DNA of 64,000 nucleotides from Longimicrobiales bacterium (lineage in GTDB: Bacteria > Gemmatimonadota > Gemmatimonadetes > Longimicrobiales > Gaopeijiaceae), in contig OZ220732.1 in NCBI GenBank assembly GCA_965116905.1, forward strand, positions 3,360,001 to 3,424,000, given 5' to 3'. Made by a program: the position numbers and the translations under genes. The notes beneath the pieces were generated by a model. That model had not been told where the DNA came from. It was given only the letters and a program-made list of their open reading frames with translations, and did not search any database. Of this stretch, positions 20,112 through 30,456 are shown in pieces; within the stretch, counting starts at the first letter, position 1, and every line of letters starts with the position of its first letter.

Positions 20112-21082
20112 CGTTTGCGTTGAATCACGAAATCCGCCAACTGTCTGAGCCTGGGTGCGGCCAGGCCCGCAGCGTCGAGCGACGCCAGTCCGCGGGCGAT
20201 GAGCTCCTCTGCCCGCCTGCGCGCCCCATCGACACCCAACAGCCCAACATAGGTGGATTTCTCCAGTTCCGCGTCGGAAGGGCGCTTTCCGAGCACATCC
20301 GCGGACTCCGTGGCGTCGAGCACGTCGTCCATCACCTGGAAGGCCACTCCCAGCGCGCGGCCGTAGCTGCCGATCGCGCGCAGCGCCCCTTCCCCGGCCC
20401 CCGATGCCATCGCGCCCATCTCCAGCGAGGCGGCGAGGAGCGCACCCGTCTTGAGGCCGTGCAGGGTCGCCAGCTCCTCCTCCGTCAGCGACCGGCCCTC
20501 CGAGAGCAGGTCGAGCGCCTGACCGCCGATCATGCCGCCGGCTCCGGCCGCTTCGAGCAGGTGCGCTGTGATGTCCCGGGCTCCGGAAGTCGTGCAACCC
20601 GCCGCGCGGGCGCTGCCATAGGCCCATGCCGCAGCCCAGGGGATGAGGACGGCACCCGCATAGGTGGCCGTATGCACGCCATGAGCGACGTGGACCGTTG
20701 GCTTCCCCCGGCGCAGGGGGGCATCGTCCATGCAGGGAAGGTCGTCGTGAATCAGCGAATACGCGTGGATCAGCTCCACCGAGGCCGAAAGGTCGTAGAG
20801 CGAGTCCCCGGGCTCGCCCCCGGTCTCCTCATGAGCCGTGGCAAGCAGAAGAGGCCGCAGGCGCTTTCCCCCACTCATGACCCCGCCCTCGACAGCGGGG
20901 AGCAACCCGTCAGGCACCACCGCGGCCATCTCGTCCAGGCAGCGGCGCATTCCGGCCTCGATACGCTGTCTGCGGTCGTCCAGCCACGCCGCGAAGGAGA
21001 GGTCAGTCGCGGTCTCCGCCATTGCGGTCTCCGTCATTGCGGTCTCCGTCACTCCGGTCCCCGTCATTGCGGTCCCCGTCAC
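20108..21082 (-). CDS. ispA: Polyprenyl (farnesyl/geranylgeranyl) diphosphate synthase
   Basis: GGKRLRP, HDDLPCMDD..RRG, GGQALD, KTGAL, FQVMDDVLD. Start is ambiguous because of N-terminal repeats. Confidence 0.92.
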   Translation of the reverse strand: MTGTAMTGTGVTETAMTETAMAETATDLSFAAWLDDRRQRIEAGMRRCLDEMAAVVPDGLLPAVEGGVMSGGKRLRPLLLATAHEETGGEPGDSLYDLSASVELIHAYSLIHDDLPCMDDAPLRRGKPTVHVAHGVHTATYAGAVLIPWAAAWAYGSARAAGCTTSGARDITAHLLEAAGAGGMIGGQALDLLSEGRSLTEEELATLHGLKTGALLAASLEMGAMASGAGEGALRAIGSYGRALGVAFQVMDDVLDATESADVLGKRPSDAELEKSTYVGLLGVDGARRRAEELIARGLASLDAAGLAAPRLRQLADFVIQRKR

Positions 21083-21332
21083 TGCGGTCGCCGCGGCCAG
21101 GGGGCCTATGGCCAGGGGCCCCGAACTCGCGCGCCTCCTCCCCTTCCGGTCCGATCAACTCTTCAACCTTCAGCTCGGCCGACTCGAGAATCCTTCGTGC
21201 GCGCCGGAGGTGGCCGACGCCCTCCTCGAACAGCGCAAGCGCCTCGTCGAGGTCGATTTCATCGGAGTCCAGCGCCGCGACGATCTCCTCGATCCGCCTG
21301 AGGCGGCCGTCCAGTCCGCCTTCAGCCGGCAC
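21003..21332 (-). CDS. xseB: Exodeoxyribonuclease VII small subunit
   Basis: LRRIEEIVAALDSDEIDLDEALALFEEGV...AELKVEEL. Confidence 0.9.
   Translation of the reverse strand: MPAEGGLDGRLRRIEEIVAALDSDEIDLDEALALFEEGVGHLRRARRILESAELKVEELIGPEGEEAREFGAPGHRPPGRGDRSDGDRNDGDRSDGDRNDGDRNGGDRD
21008..21082. repeat. Five 15-bp tandem repeats at the xseB/ispA overlap
   Basis: Minus-strand unit RTGRCGGRGACCGCA, read as MTETA in ispA and DGDRN in xseB. Confidence 0.85.
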
Positions 21333-22611
21333 GCTGAGGCCTCCCGGCGGAGCGGCGACCTGTCCCGGCGCGGCCCGGGGTCGCCCCGGGATCATCGCCC
21401 GTGTCGGCGACCGTACACGCCACGCGCCCGTCCACGACCCGCAAGCCGAAGTCCAGCGCCGGGGGGAAGTCCGCCGTCGTGCGCAGGAGCCGGCCCTCGC
21501 CGTCGAGGGGGACTGCGTACCCGCGCGCCAGGGTGGACATGGGAGACAGCGCCTCCATGGCCGCCGCGTCCCGGGCGAGACGGGCCCGAAGGCGCGCAAT
21601 CCGCTCCCGCATGATGCCGGCCATCCGCGCCCGTTCTCTCGCCAGCCGCTCTCGACAGGTCCCCACCCGCCGCCGGCCGCGCCGTTGGAGCAGGTCACGC
21701 GCCTGATCCAGCCTCCAGCGGCGGGACCGGGCCTGGGCGGCGAGCCCCTTCCCCAGCCTGGTCCCGACGTTGGCCAGCGTCCGGACGACCGCCTCCCGAT
21801 CCGGAACCACCGCCCCCGCCGCCGCTGACGGAGTCGCCGCGCGCACGTCCGCGACCAGGTCGCAGATGGTGACATCGGTTTCGTGCCCCACGCCCGACAC
21901 GACCGGCACCGGGCTCGAGGCAACAGCGCGCGCGACGGCCTCCTCGTTGAAGCCCCAGAGGTCCTCGATCGTGCCGCCTCCGCGAGCCACGATGATCACG
22001 TCCACGTCCCGCGACGCCAGGGTCGAGATCGCCGCCGCGATCTCCTCGCCCGCCCCGCGGCCCTGCACACGCGTCCCCCGTACCAGGAGCCGCACCCACG
22101 GGGCTCGCCGCGCGATCACCGCGATCACGTCTCTCAGGGCGGCACCCGTCGGCGACGTCACGACGCCCACCGTGCCGGGGAACGGCGGAGGGCTCCGCTT
22201 GCGGGCCGGGTCGGTCAGCCCCTCTGCATCCAGCTGCCTCTTCAGCCGGTCGAACGCGAGCTTCCACATGCCGCCTTCGCTCTCGGCCTCCAGCCTGGCC
22301 GCCACGAGCTGATAGATGCCCCGCGCCTCGTACAGCGTCAGTCCGCCGAAGACGCGCACGGTCATGCCCTCGCGGGGATCGGTGGGCAGCCGGGCGGCCT
22401 CTCTTCGGAACATGACGCAGCGGAGCTGGGCGGCATCGTCCTTCAGGGTGAAGTAGCAGTGCCCGGAGCGCTGCCGCCGGAAATTCGTGACTTCGCCGCC
22501 CACCCAGAGCTGCGGAAGGCTCTGCTCCAGCTGCAGGCGCACCGCCCGGTTGACCTGGCGGACCTTCCACACGCGGGGAGCCGGGAACAGATCCAGTGTG
22601 CCGTCGGTCAC
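21322..22611 (-). CDS. xseA: Exodeoxyribonuclease VII large subunit
   Basis: [57 protein letters not shown]. Confidence 0.96.
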   Translation of the reverse strand: MTDGTLDLFPAPRVWKVRQVNRAVRLQLEQSLPQLWVGGEVTNFRRQRSGHCYFTLKDDAAQLRCVMFRREAARLPTDPREGMTVRVFGGLTLYEARGIYQLVAARLEAESEGGMWKLAFDRLKRQLDAEGLTDPARKRSPPPFPGTVGVVTSPTGAALRDVIAVIARRAPWVRLLVRGTRVQGRGAGEEIAAAISTLASRDVDVIIVARGGGTIEDLWGFNEEAVARAVASSPVPVVSGVGHETDVTICDLVADVRAATPSAAAGAVVPDREAVVRTLANVGTRLGKGLAAQARSRRWRLDQARDLLQRRGRRRVGTCRERLARERARMAGIMRERIARLRARLARDAAAMEALSPMSTLARGYAVPLDGEGRLLRTTADFPPALDFGLRVVDGRVACTVADTGDDPGATPGRAGTGRRSAGRPQRAG

Positions 22612-23501
22612 CGTGCGCGGCTGTTCAGCCGGATCGCCGCCTCGACGGTGTTGGCCAGAAGCATGGCGATCGTCATCGGACCCACTCCACCCGGCACCGG
22701 CGTGATCGCGGAAGCCACCTTGCTCACGCCCTCGAAGTCCACGTCCCCGACCACGCGGTACCCCCGCTCCCGGGTCGGGTCGTCCACGCGGTTCGTGCCC
22801 ACGTCGATCACGGTGACTCCGGGCTTGACCATGTCGCGCGTGATGGTGTCGGGCCACCCGACCGCCGCGATCAGGATGTCTGCGGTACGCGTGACGGCGC
22901 CGAGGTCGGGGGTGCGGCTGTGGGCGACCGTCACCGTGGCGTTGCCGCCGGCCGCCTTGCGAAGCAGCAGCAGCGCCATGGGCTTGCCCACGATGTTCGA
23001 CCGCCCCACCACGACGGCGTGCTTCCCCGAGGGGTCCACGCCGCTCCGGACGAGCATCTCGATCACGCCCCGGGGGGTGCAGGGCGCCAGCACATTCGGG
23101 TCGCCCGTCGCGAGGCGGCCCACGTTTACGGGATGGAAGCCGTCGACATCCTTGTCGGGGTCGATGGCCATGAGGACCTTGGACTCGTCGATCTGCCGCG
23201 GCAGCGGAAGCTGCACGAGAATCCCGTGGATCGCCGGGTCCGCGTTGAGGTCGGCGATGAGGTCGAGCAGGTCGGCCTCGCCGACGGAGTCCGGCAGGGT
23301 GATCTGACGCGAGTGAATCCCGGCGGCGGCGGCCGCCTTGTTCTTCATGCCCACGTACAGCCGGCTGGCCGGATCCTCGCCCGCCAGCACGGTCGCCAGA
23401 CCGGGCACAAGCCCCTCCCGGGCCAGCGCCGAGACCTGCTCGTTCAACTCATTCCGGATCGTTCCGGCGATGTCCTTCCCTGAAATGATCTTGGCCGACA
23501 T
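22608..23501 (-). CDS. folD: Bifunctional methylenetetrahydrofolate dehydrogenase/cyclohydrolase
   Basis: [41 protein letters not shown]. Confidence 0.97.
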   Translation of the reverse strand: MSAKIISGKDIAGTIRNELNEQVSALAREGLVPGLATVLAGEDPASRLYVGMKNKAAAAAGIHSRQITLPDSVGEADLLDLIADLNADPAIHGILVQLPLPRQIDESKVLMAIDPDKDVDGFHPVNVGRLATGDPNVLAPCTPRGVIEMLVRSGVDPSGKHAVVVGRSNIVGKPMALLLLRKAAGGNATVTVAHSRTPDLGAVTRTADILIAAVGWPDTITRDMVKPGVTVIDVGTNRVDDPTRERGYRVVGDVDFEGVSKVASAITPVPGGVGPMTIAMLLANTVEAAIRLNSRAR

Positions 23502-23600
23502 GAATCCCCAGTTCCGCTGGTTGCGTGTGGTGGCAAGGGCCCCGATCAGGGGATCGCGGACCCCGAACAATGAAAGGTGTTCCCGCTGGCGGCATTCCCG

Positions 23601-25169
23601 CTAGCGCGCGAAGTCGATGGCACGGGTCTCGCGAATCACGACGACCTTGATCTGACCCGGGTACTGCAACTCGTCCTCGATTCTCCGGGCCACCGCCTCC
23701 GACATCCGGGTCATGGCGTCGTCGGACACCTGCTCCGGCTCGACCATGACCCTGAGCTCGCGTCCCGCCTGAATCGCGAAACAGCGCTCGACGCCGGGGT
23801 GTTCGGTGGCGATCTCCTCGAGCTTCTCGAGTCGCTTCACGTACCCCTCGAACATCTCCCGGCGCGCGCCCGGGCGGGCCCCGCTGATGGCGTCGGCGGC
23901 GGTCACGAGCCAGGCCTCCGCATAGCGGTGCGGTTCCTCGTCGTGGTGGGCCTTGATCGCGTTCAGCACGACATCGGGCTCCTTGAAGCGCTTGCAGAGC
24001 CGGTAGCCAAGTTCCACGTGCGTGAGTTCCTGCTCGTGCGTCAAACCCTTGCCGACGTCGTGGAGAAGCCCCGCCCGCCTCGTCGCCTGCACGTCCAGCC
24101 CCATCTCGGCAGCCATGTTCCCCGCCAGGAGCGCGACTTCCCTCGCGTGAGCCAGCTGATTCTGCCCGTAGGAGGTGCGGAACTTCAGGCGCCCGAGCAC
24201 CTTGATGACCTCGGGGTGCACGCTGTGGATGCCCAGGCCGTAGAGCACCTCCTCGGCCGCCTCGCGCATTTCGACCTCGACCTCCTTCTCGCTCTTTGCG
24301 ACGGTCTCCTCGATCCGCGCGGGGTGAATGCGGCCGTCCTCGATCAGCCGGGCCAGCGCGACGCGAGCGACCTCGCGGCGCACGGGATTGTACCCCGACA
24401 GGACGACCGCTTCCGGAGTGTCGTCGATGATCACGTCGATGCCGGTGGCCTGCTCGAACGCGCGGATGTTGCGCCCCTCGCGCCCGATGATCCGCCCCTT
24501 CATCTCATCGGACGGGAGCTGCACGACCGAGACGGTAAGCTGGGCCGTCTCGTCGGCCGCCATGCGCTGGATGGCCATCGCCACCAGCTTCTTCGCCTCG
24601 CGGTCCGCCGTGCGCTGCGCCTCGTCGCGAATCTCCCGAACCCGGTTGGCGGCTTCGGCGCGCGCCTCGTCCTTGATCTCGGCGACGAGTTCGCCCCTGG
24701 CCTCCTCGGCGGTGAGCCCCGCCAGCGACTCCAGCCGGGTCCGCGTCTCGGCCAGGGCCCGCTCGACTTCCGCTCCCCGCCCGGCGACCTCCGACTCGCG
24801 GCGCTTCAGGCCCTCCTCCCGTTCCTCCAGTGCATCGGAACGGCGGTCGAGAAGATCCGACTTGCGGTCGACGGCCTCGGCGCGGCTGACCAGCCTGCGC
24901 TCACCCCGCTCGACATCCTCGCGGCGCCGGCTCTCTTCGGACTCCCAGGTCTCCCTGAGCCGGTAGACCTCTTCCCTGGCCTGCAGTTCGGCGGTGCGGC
25001 GGAGGTTTTCTGCGTCTTCCCCTGCCCGCTTGCGGATCAGCGACGCCTCGTCCCGTGCCTCTTCCTTTTCCTCACGCTGCCGCGCGCGCTCCCGGTTCCT
25101 CCCCAGGAGGTAACCGAGGATTGCCGCGACAACCGCGCCGACCGCCAGGGACATACCCAGCGGATCCAT
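23601..25169 (-). CDS. rny: Ribonuclease Y
   Basis: N-terminal TM, coiled coil, KH domain KGRIIGREGRNIR, HD domain LLHDVGK, SGARPGAR. GGAG RBS. Confidence 0.97.
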   Translation of the reverse strand: MDPLGMSLAVGAVVAAILGYLLGRNRERARQREEKEEARDEASLIRKRAGEDAENLRRTAELQAREEVYRLRETWESEESRRREDVERGERRLVSRAEAVDRKSDLLDRRSDALEEREEGLKRRESEVAGRGAEVERALAETRTRLESLAGLTAEEARGELVAEIKDEARAEAANRVREIRDEAQRTADREAKKLVAMAIQRMAADETAQLTVSVVQLPSDEMKGRIIGREGRNIRAFEQATGIDVIIDDTPEAVVLSGYNPVRREVARVALARLIEDGRIHPARIEETVAKSEKEVEVEMREAAEEVLYGLGIHSVHPEVIKVLGRLKFRTSYGQNQLAHAREVALLAGNMAAEMGLDVQATRRAGLLHDVGKGLTHEQELTHVELGYRLCKRFKEPDVVLNAIKAHHDEEPHRYAEAWLVTAADAISGARPGARREMFEGYVKRLEKLEEIATEHPGVERCFAIQAGRELRVMVEPEQVSDDAMTRMSEAVARRIEDELQYPGQIKVVVIRETRAIDFAR

Positions 25170-25263
25170 GTATTTTCTCCAAGGCCGAACCTTCGTCCGG
25201 CCGCGTGATTCGACAAGGTAAACACGGCGGGGGATCCGGCCGCGGACTTCCTTGATTGCGCCT

Positions 25264-25292
25264 ACGTTATTCCCGTGCCGACCCTGACGCAA
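25264..25292 (-). promoter_or_regulatory. Putative sigma70 promoter for rny
   Basis: TTGCGT-17 nt-TAACGT. Confidence 0.5.
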
Positions 25293-25349
25293 GCATCGGC
25301 GCGGCGCCTCGCCGGCCCGGTATGGGACGCCGGGGTGGTCCGCGGATCG

Positions 25350-26048
25350 CTAGCGAATCTCCGGCCCACCCGTCCGGTTGTCGGGCACGAAACGGTCGCG
25401 ATAGGGCATCTCGACCGCCGCCAGCGAGGCGGCATCCATGACCCCGTCCGCGGGCACCAGGCCGCCCAAATGAAGCACGTAGGCCACGACGGCATAGACA
25501 TCGTCGTCGCTCAGGATCCCGGGGGTGGTCTGCGGCATCGCCTTGCGGGTGTAGTCGTAGAGCGTCGTCGCGTAGGGCCAGTATCCGCCTACGGTGCGGC
25601 CGGCCGGCCACTGCTCCCAGGGGCCCGGGCTGACCAGCCGGTCGTTGGGGCCCTCGGTGCCCGTGGGGCCGTGACACTGGAGACAGTGGGTCTCGTAGAC
25701 CAGCCGTCCCTCGGCGACCGACCCGCTGCCGGGAGGCAGCCCCTCGCCGTCCGGCTTGACGTCGATATCCCAGAGGGCCACCCGCTCTTCCGTGGCCGGT
25801 GTTCCGAATCCGAAGCGCCCGGGCGCATGCTCCGCCAGCGCGACGTGCCAGTCGTCGCCTTCTTCGGCCACCGCCCGGGCTGCGGGCGTCCCCCCCACCA
25901 CTGCCTCGGGCGCAGGCGCCCCCGGCGAGCACGCGGCCACCGCGGCCAGCGCGCCCGCGGCCAGGAGCATGGCCGACCGTGGCATCGCCGACCGGAGCAT
26001 CGCCGACTGGGACATCGCCGACCGTGGCATCCCGCGGCCGGGCGTCAC
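25350..26048 (-). CDS. Monoheme c-type cytochrome (SoxD/SorB-like), probable lipoprotein
   Basis: WDIDVKPDGEGLPPGSG, CLQCH, TVGGYWPYATTLYDY..AMP, lipobox VAAC. Start ambiguous (26048, 26030 or 25970). Confidence 0.85.
   Translation of the reverse strand: MTPGRGMPRSAMSQSAMLRSAMPRSAMLLAAGALAAVAACSPGAPAPEAVVGGTPAARAVAEEGDDWHVALAEHAPGRFGFGTPATEERVALWDIDVKPDGEGLPPGSGSVAEGRLVYETHCLQCHGPTGTEGPNDRLVSPGPWEQWPAGRTVGGYWPYATTLYDYTRKAMPQTTPGILSDDDVYAVVAYVLHLGGLVPADGVMDAASLAAVEMPYRDRFVPDNRTGGPEIR
25971..26030. repeat. Four 15-bp tandem repeats, each beginning with ATG (MPRSA/MSQSA/MLRSA/MPRSA)
   Basis: Plus-strand units ggccgaccgtggcat, cgccgaccggagcat, cgccgactgggacat, cgccgaccgtggcat. Confidence 0.8.
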
Positions 26049-27343
26049 AGCAAGTCCCCCAGACCGAAGGTGACCACGCCGTCCGCGGCGACCTTCCAAG
26101 CACGCTGATGGTTGTGGTGGTACGACGTGCGGTCTCCGCGCGCATCCCACAGCTGCTGCACCGTGGGCTGCACGTAGCCGGTCTCGTCGGTCGCGCGGCT
26201 GAGGATCACGGTTTCGCGGCCGTCCCAGTTCCAGAGATGCCGGAAGCGGACCGTCGACTTCGACAGCACGGGCGGCTGCAGCGCGGCGTCGGACCACGAC
26301 CGGCCGCCGTCGGTGCTCACTTCGACCCGGGTGATCCTTCCGCGACCCGTCCAGGCCAGGCCCTCGATCTCCCACCAGCCGCGCTCGGGCAGGACATAGG
26401 GGTAGGACGGAAAGGTGATGAGCGACTTGGCGTCCATGACGAAGCTGAAAATCCGAGCCGTACCGTCCTTGAGCGGATCGGTGTAGCGCGACGTTTCGTC
26501 CCGGGTCATGGTCGGCCGGTCCGAGACCTCGATCCGGCGCAGCCACTTCACCTGGGCGTTGCCCTCCCAGCCCGGCAGAAGCAGACGCACCGGGTATCCC
26601 TGCTCGGGACGAATCGCCTCCCCGTTCTGCCCGTAGGCCAGCATGGCGTCGTCCATCGCCTTGTCCAGGGGAACGCTCCGGGACATGACCGCGGCGTCGG
26701 CGCCCTCCGCGAGGATCCAGCTGGCGCCCGGCCGCACGCCGACCTCGCGCAGGATGGTCGACAGCATCACCCCCGTCCACTCGCTGGTGCTGAGCAGTCC
26801 GTCCAGCTGCTGCGGCGAAATCTCTGTGGGCATTCGGCTGCGGCTGTACGCTCCGCCACCGTTGCCGGAACATTCGACGAAACAGATCCGGGACGTCTGG
26901 GGATACCGTCTCAGGTCAGCCATGCGGAACACCATCGGCCGCTCGACCATGCCGTGCACGAGAACCTCGTGATCCTCCGCGGCGATGTCCGGAACGCCCG
27001 CGTGGTGGCGCTCGAAGTGGAGGTCCGAGGGCGTGATCGTACCCTGCAGGTCCTGGAGCGGCGTGCGCGACGAACTCGACAGGGCCAGGGTGCGCAGGAG
27101 GCGCCGCGGCTGCTCGCCCGGGGCGCGCGTCCCCAACTCGGAGACGAACCGTCCCGGGACCTTCGTCGGGTCGGCGGGCGCGGGAACGACCTCCTGCAGT
27201 GCCGGGGCCGGGACCGGGATCGTGCCCCCGGACGGCTCCGCCCTGAGCGCGTCCCAGCGGGTCATCACAATCCCCGAAGCCGCCGTTCCGGAAGCGGCGA
27301 GCCAGGCGCGGCGGGAAAGGCGGGTGTGCTCGGTGTCGGGCAT
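26045..27343 (-). CDS. soxC: Sulfite/sulfane dehydrogenase molybdopterin subunit (SoxC/SorA family), Tat-exported
   Basis: Tat signal SRRAWL, TPLQDLQGTITPSDLHFERHH, Mo-ligand ECSGN, EQGYPVRL, WEGNAQVKWL, SRATDETG. Confidence 0.88.
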   Translation of the reverse strand: MPDTEHTRLSRRAWLAASGTAASGIVMTRWDALRAEPSGGTIPVPAPALQEVVPAPADPTKVPGRFVSELGTRAPGEQPRRLLRTLALSSSSRTPLQDLQGTITPSDLHFERHHAGVPDIAAEDHEVLVHGMVERPMVFRMADLRRYPQTSRICFVECSGNGGGAYSRSRMPTEISPQQLDGLLSTSEWTGVMLSTILREVGVRPGASWILAEGADAAVMSRSVPLDKAMDDAMLAYGQNGEAIRPEQGYPVRLLLPGWEGNAQVKWLRRIEVSDRPTMTRDETSRYTDPLKDGTARIFSFVMDAKSLITFPSYPYVLPERGWWEIEGLAWTGRGRITRVEVSTDGGRSWSDAALQPPVLSKSTVRFRHLWNWDGRETVILSRATDETGYVQPTVQQLWDARGDRTSYHHNHQRAWKVAADGVVTFGLGDLL

Positions 27344-27365
27344 CTGCTCGATCCTCCCCTGTCTG

Positions 27366-27647
27366 CTATTCTGCCAGTGCGTTCTCGATTTTCCCGGCCA
27401 GGGCCGTTGCGCGGGCGCGCGTGCGGGCCTCCTGCCGAAACAGTTCGTCGGAAAGCGCGAGCGCGGCCAGGATCGCGGTCTTCTTCGCGTCGAGCCCCGT
27501 CTCTCCGCCGATTTCGCGCATGCGCTCGTCCACCAGCGCGGCGCAGCGCCGGGTATACTCTTCGTCGGCGTCGGTGCGCAGCGTGTAGGTCTCTCCCGCG
27601 ATCCGGACCTGGATCGCGTGGCGTGATCCATCCCTCGGCCCGCTCAT
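27366..27647 (-). CDS. zapA: Cell division protein ZapA
   Basis: VRIAGETYTL...VDERMREI...AILAALALSDE, canonical position after pheT. Confidence 0.9.
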   Translation of the reverse strand: MSGPRDGSRHAIQVRIAGETYTLRTDADEEYTRRCAALVDERMREIGGETGLDAKKTAILAALALSDELFRQEARTRARATALAGKIENALAE

Positions 27648-27958
27648 CGCCGATCCTCCAGGAAACGAATGCTGGCCAGCATCCGGTCGACGCCCTCCCG
27701 CCCCTGCTCGATCCGGGCCCGGAGACTTTCGTTTTCGGCCTCCAGCTCCGCGACGCGGCTGGCAAGCGCGCCAGGGTCCTCGCGTCCGTCCACGAATTGG
27801 CGCAGCAGCTGCTCGTTTCGCTCGGCGCGCGCCTCCGCCTGCGCGGCCCGCTCCCGGGCCACACGCACCTCCTCTACCGCGCGCTCCACCGCCGACTCCA
27901 GCGGGTCCAAAGCCGGAACCCGGGGTACGGCCGAGAACTCACCTCCTCGGTTCGACAC
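27644..27958 (-). CDS. ZapB-like coiled-coil protein
   Basis: Heptad-rich (LESAVERAVEE...LEAENESLRARIE), lies between pheT and zapA. Confidence 0.7.
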   Translation of the reverse strand: MSNRGGEFSAVPRVPALDPLESAVERAVEEVRVARERAAQAEARAERNEQLLRQFVDGREDPGALASRVAELEAENESLRARIEQGREGVDRMLASIRFLEDRR

Positions 27959-30437
27959 CGGTCTTCTCCTTTACTGTTCTGAGCACGCGGCGGCACACCT
28001 TGTCCACTTCCCTGTCCGTCAGGGTCCGTCCCCGCGCGCGGAAACGCAAGCGCAGCGCCACGGAACGCGTCCCGGGAGGCAGGTCGTCTCCCTCGTAGAC
28101 ATCGAAGACATCTCCGGTTTCCAGCAACCGGCCCGCGGCCCTCCTCGCGGCGCCAAGCACCGCGCCGGCAGGCGTGCCGGCGGGAACCAGAAACGCCATG
28201 TCGCGCTGGACCGCGGGCTGATCGGGCAGGTCCCGGGCGGTCACGTCGGGACGGGGAGCGGGCACCGCCGGAAGCACGACCTCGGCCCCCACCACCGCAC
28301 CCGCCCAGCGCGGAAGGTCCATCCGCTCGGGGCGTACCTGGCCGCCCCATCCCACCACGTCCCCGCCACCGGATACGACCTCGTAGCACCTCCCCCGCGT
28401 GAACAGGCGCGGCGTTGCCCAGGGCGAATCCGCTTCCCGGCGCGAAGCCTCTTCGGGGCCGGAGCGTGCGCCCTCCGCGCGCGCAGGCACGACCGCGGCA
28501 CCCGGGCACGCTTCCCGGACGATCAGTTCCAGCACACCGGCGATATCGTGCACGTCGAACGGCTCGGCTTCGGACGACCAGTGGGGCGGCGTGCGCCCCC
28601 CGGTGAGCACCACCGCCACCCGGGACGACTCGGCGGGAGGGCCTTCGCCCGATGGCGCGAATGCGGTCCCGATCTCAAAGAGGCGCACATCGCGCACGCC
28701 CCGGGACATGTTCCTCTCCACGTGCGCGAGCAGCCCCGGAAGACGATCCCGGCGAAGATGGCTCTCGTCCCGCGACATCGGGTTGAGGAGGGCCACGTCG
28801 CCGTGCCGCTCCGGCCCCAGCGCGGGAGTCTGCGCCTCGCTGATGCCGTTGGCCGCAAGCAGGACCCGCAGGCGGTCCTCGAGCTGGAAGAGGGGATGAT
28901 CGGCGACGGCACCGGTCCGCGCCGGGGACATCACCGCCGGGAAGGCATCGTAGCCGTGCGTGCGGGCCACCTCCTCGATCAGGTCCACTTCGCGCAGCGT
29001 GTCGTAGCTGCGGTGGCCGGGAACCGTCACGTCGAGCCGGTCCGCGCCCGCCGTCTCGACCGCGTAGCCGAGCGGGGCCAGGAGCTCCGAGATCGCTTCC
29101 GGGGTGAAATCGACGCCGAGCACGTGGCTGACGCGGGACGGCCGCAAACTCACGACCGGCGGCGTCCAGGGACGGGGGTGGGCATCGATGATCTCCCCGT
29201 CGAGCGTCCCGCCCGCGGTGGCCAGAATCAGCTGCGTGGCCCTCAACACCGCCACCTCCATCGAGGCGGGATCCACCCCGCGTTCGAAGCGGTAGCTCGC
29301 GTCGGTCGACATCGCCAGCGCGCGGCGGGTCGCACGCACCTGTCGCGGTTCGAAGAGCGCGCACTCCAGCAGGATGTCCGAGGAGTGCTCCGACACCTCG
29401 GAGTCCCGGCCGCCCATCACGCCGGCGATCGCGACGGGCTGCCGGGCGTCGCGGATCATGAGCATGTCCGGAGTGATCGCCCGCGTCTCGCCGTCGAGCG
29501 TCACCAGCGATTCCCCGGGACGGGCGCGCCCGACCACGATGGTGGCGTCGGCCAGCTTCTCCAGGTCGAAGGCATGCAGGGGCTGGCCCAGTTCCAGCAT
29601 GACGTAGTTCGTCGCATCGACGACGTTGTTGATGGGACGCGCCCCGGCCGCGCGCAGGCGGTCGGCCAGCCAGGCCGGCGACGGACCAACGGTGACCCCG
29701 CGGATCACCGCCCCGAGATAGCGGGAACACAGTTCCGGGTCCTCGATCCGGATGCGGCACCCCGCCGAAGCGGCCTCGGCGCGCCCGCGCGCGAACGAAG
29801 CCGCCTGCCCGGCCGTCTGTCCCGACATCGGCGGCGCCGCCGGCCCACCCTCGCCGCCCGGTAACGGCGGCAACGCGATCCCTCCCTGCCCCGCCGGATG
29901 GAGTTCCCGCGCGATGCCCACGTGCGAGAGGAGGTCTCCGCGGTTCGGGGTCACCTCCACCTCCATCCGGACGTCGTCGAGTCCGACCGAGGCCGCGAAG
30001 GGCGCCCCCACCTCGTAATCCCCCTCGAGCAGCATGATCCCCGCATGGTCCTCGCCCAGCTCGAGCTCCCGCTCGGAACAGAGCATCCCCTCGCTGTAGT
30101 GCCCGCGGATCTTGCGCTTCCCGATCCGGAGTCCACCGGGGAGCACCGCGCCCACCGGTGCGAAGGGATAGTGCGCTCCCACCCGCACCACAGGGGCACC
30201 GCACACCACCGGCACCTCTCCATCGGGCCCGGCCACCCGGCACAGCGTGAGCCTGTCCGCGTTCGGGTGCGGGCCGGCTTCCAGGACGCGGCCGATCACG
30301 ATGTCCTTCAGCCCCTCGGCCAGGTCCACCGCGTCCTCGACCGGCGCCCCCCGCAGCGCGAGGCGCTCCATCGTCTCCGCGGCACCGAGTCCGATGCCGG
30401 GGGCCACATCGCGGACCCAGCGGAACGAGACCTTCAC
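27939..30437 (-). CDS. pheT: Phenylalanine-tRNA ligase beta subunit
   Basis: HPNADRL, SEGMLCS, TPNRGDLLS, INNVVDATNY, ASYRFERG, DLIEEVAR, C-terminal FDX-ACB domain. Confidence 0.96.
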   Translation of the reverse strand: MKVSFRWVRDVAPGIGLGAAETMERLALRGAPVEDAVDLAEGLKDIVIGRVLEAGPHPNADRLTLCRVAGPDGEVPVVCGAPVVRVGAHYPFAPVGAVLPGGLRIGKRKIRGHYSEGMLCSERELELGEDHAGIMLLEGDYEVGAPFAASVGLDDVRMEVEVTPNRGDLLSHVGIARELHPAGQGGIALPPLPGGEGGPAAPPMSGQTAGQAASFARGRAEAASAGCRIRIEDPELCSRYLGAVIRGVTVGPSPAWLADRLRAAGARPINNVVDATNYVMLELGQPLHAFDLEKLADATIVVGRARPGESLVTLDGETRAITPDMLMIRDARQPVAIAGVMGGRDSEVSEHSSDILLECALFEPRQVRATRRALAMSTDASYRFERGVDPASMEVAVLRATQLILATAGGTLDGEIIDAHPRPWTPPVVSLRPSRVSHVLGVDFTPEAISELLAPLGYAVETAGADRLDVTVPGHRSYDTLREVDLIEEVARTHGYDAFPAVMSPARTGAVADHPLFQLEDRLRVLLAANGISEAQTPALGPERHGDVALLNPMSRDESHLRRDRLPGLLAHVERNMSRGVRDVRLFEIGTAFAPSGEGPPAESSRVAVVLTGGRTPPHWSSEAEPFDVHDIAGVLELIVREACPGAAVVPARAEGARSGPEEASRREADSPWATPRLFTRGRCYEVVSGGGDVVGWGGQVRPERMDLPRWAGAVVGAEVVLPAVPAPRPDVTARDLPDQPAVQRDMAFLVPAGTPAGAVLGAARRAAGRLLETGDVFDVYEGDDLPPGTRSVALRLRFRARGRTLTDREVDKVCRRVLRTVKEKTGVEPRR

Positions 30438-30456
30438 CGTCCAGCCTCCCCGGCCC

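Noticed and set aside
25170..25349. 6S RNA at the usual position upstream of rny
   Set aside because: No convincing long hairpin with a central bubble. The region is accounted for by a promoter and 5' UTR.
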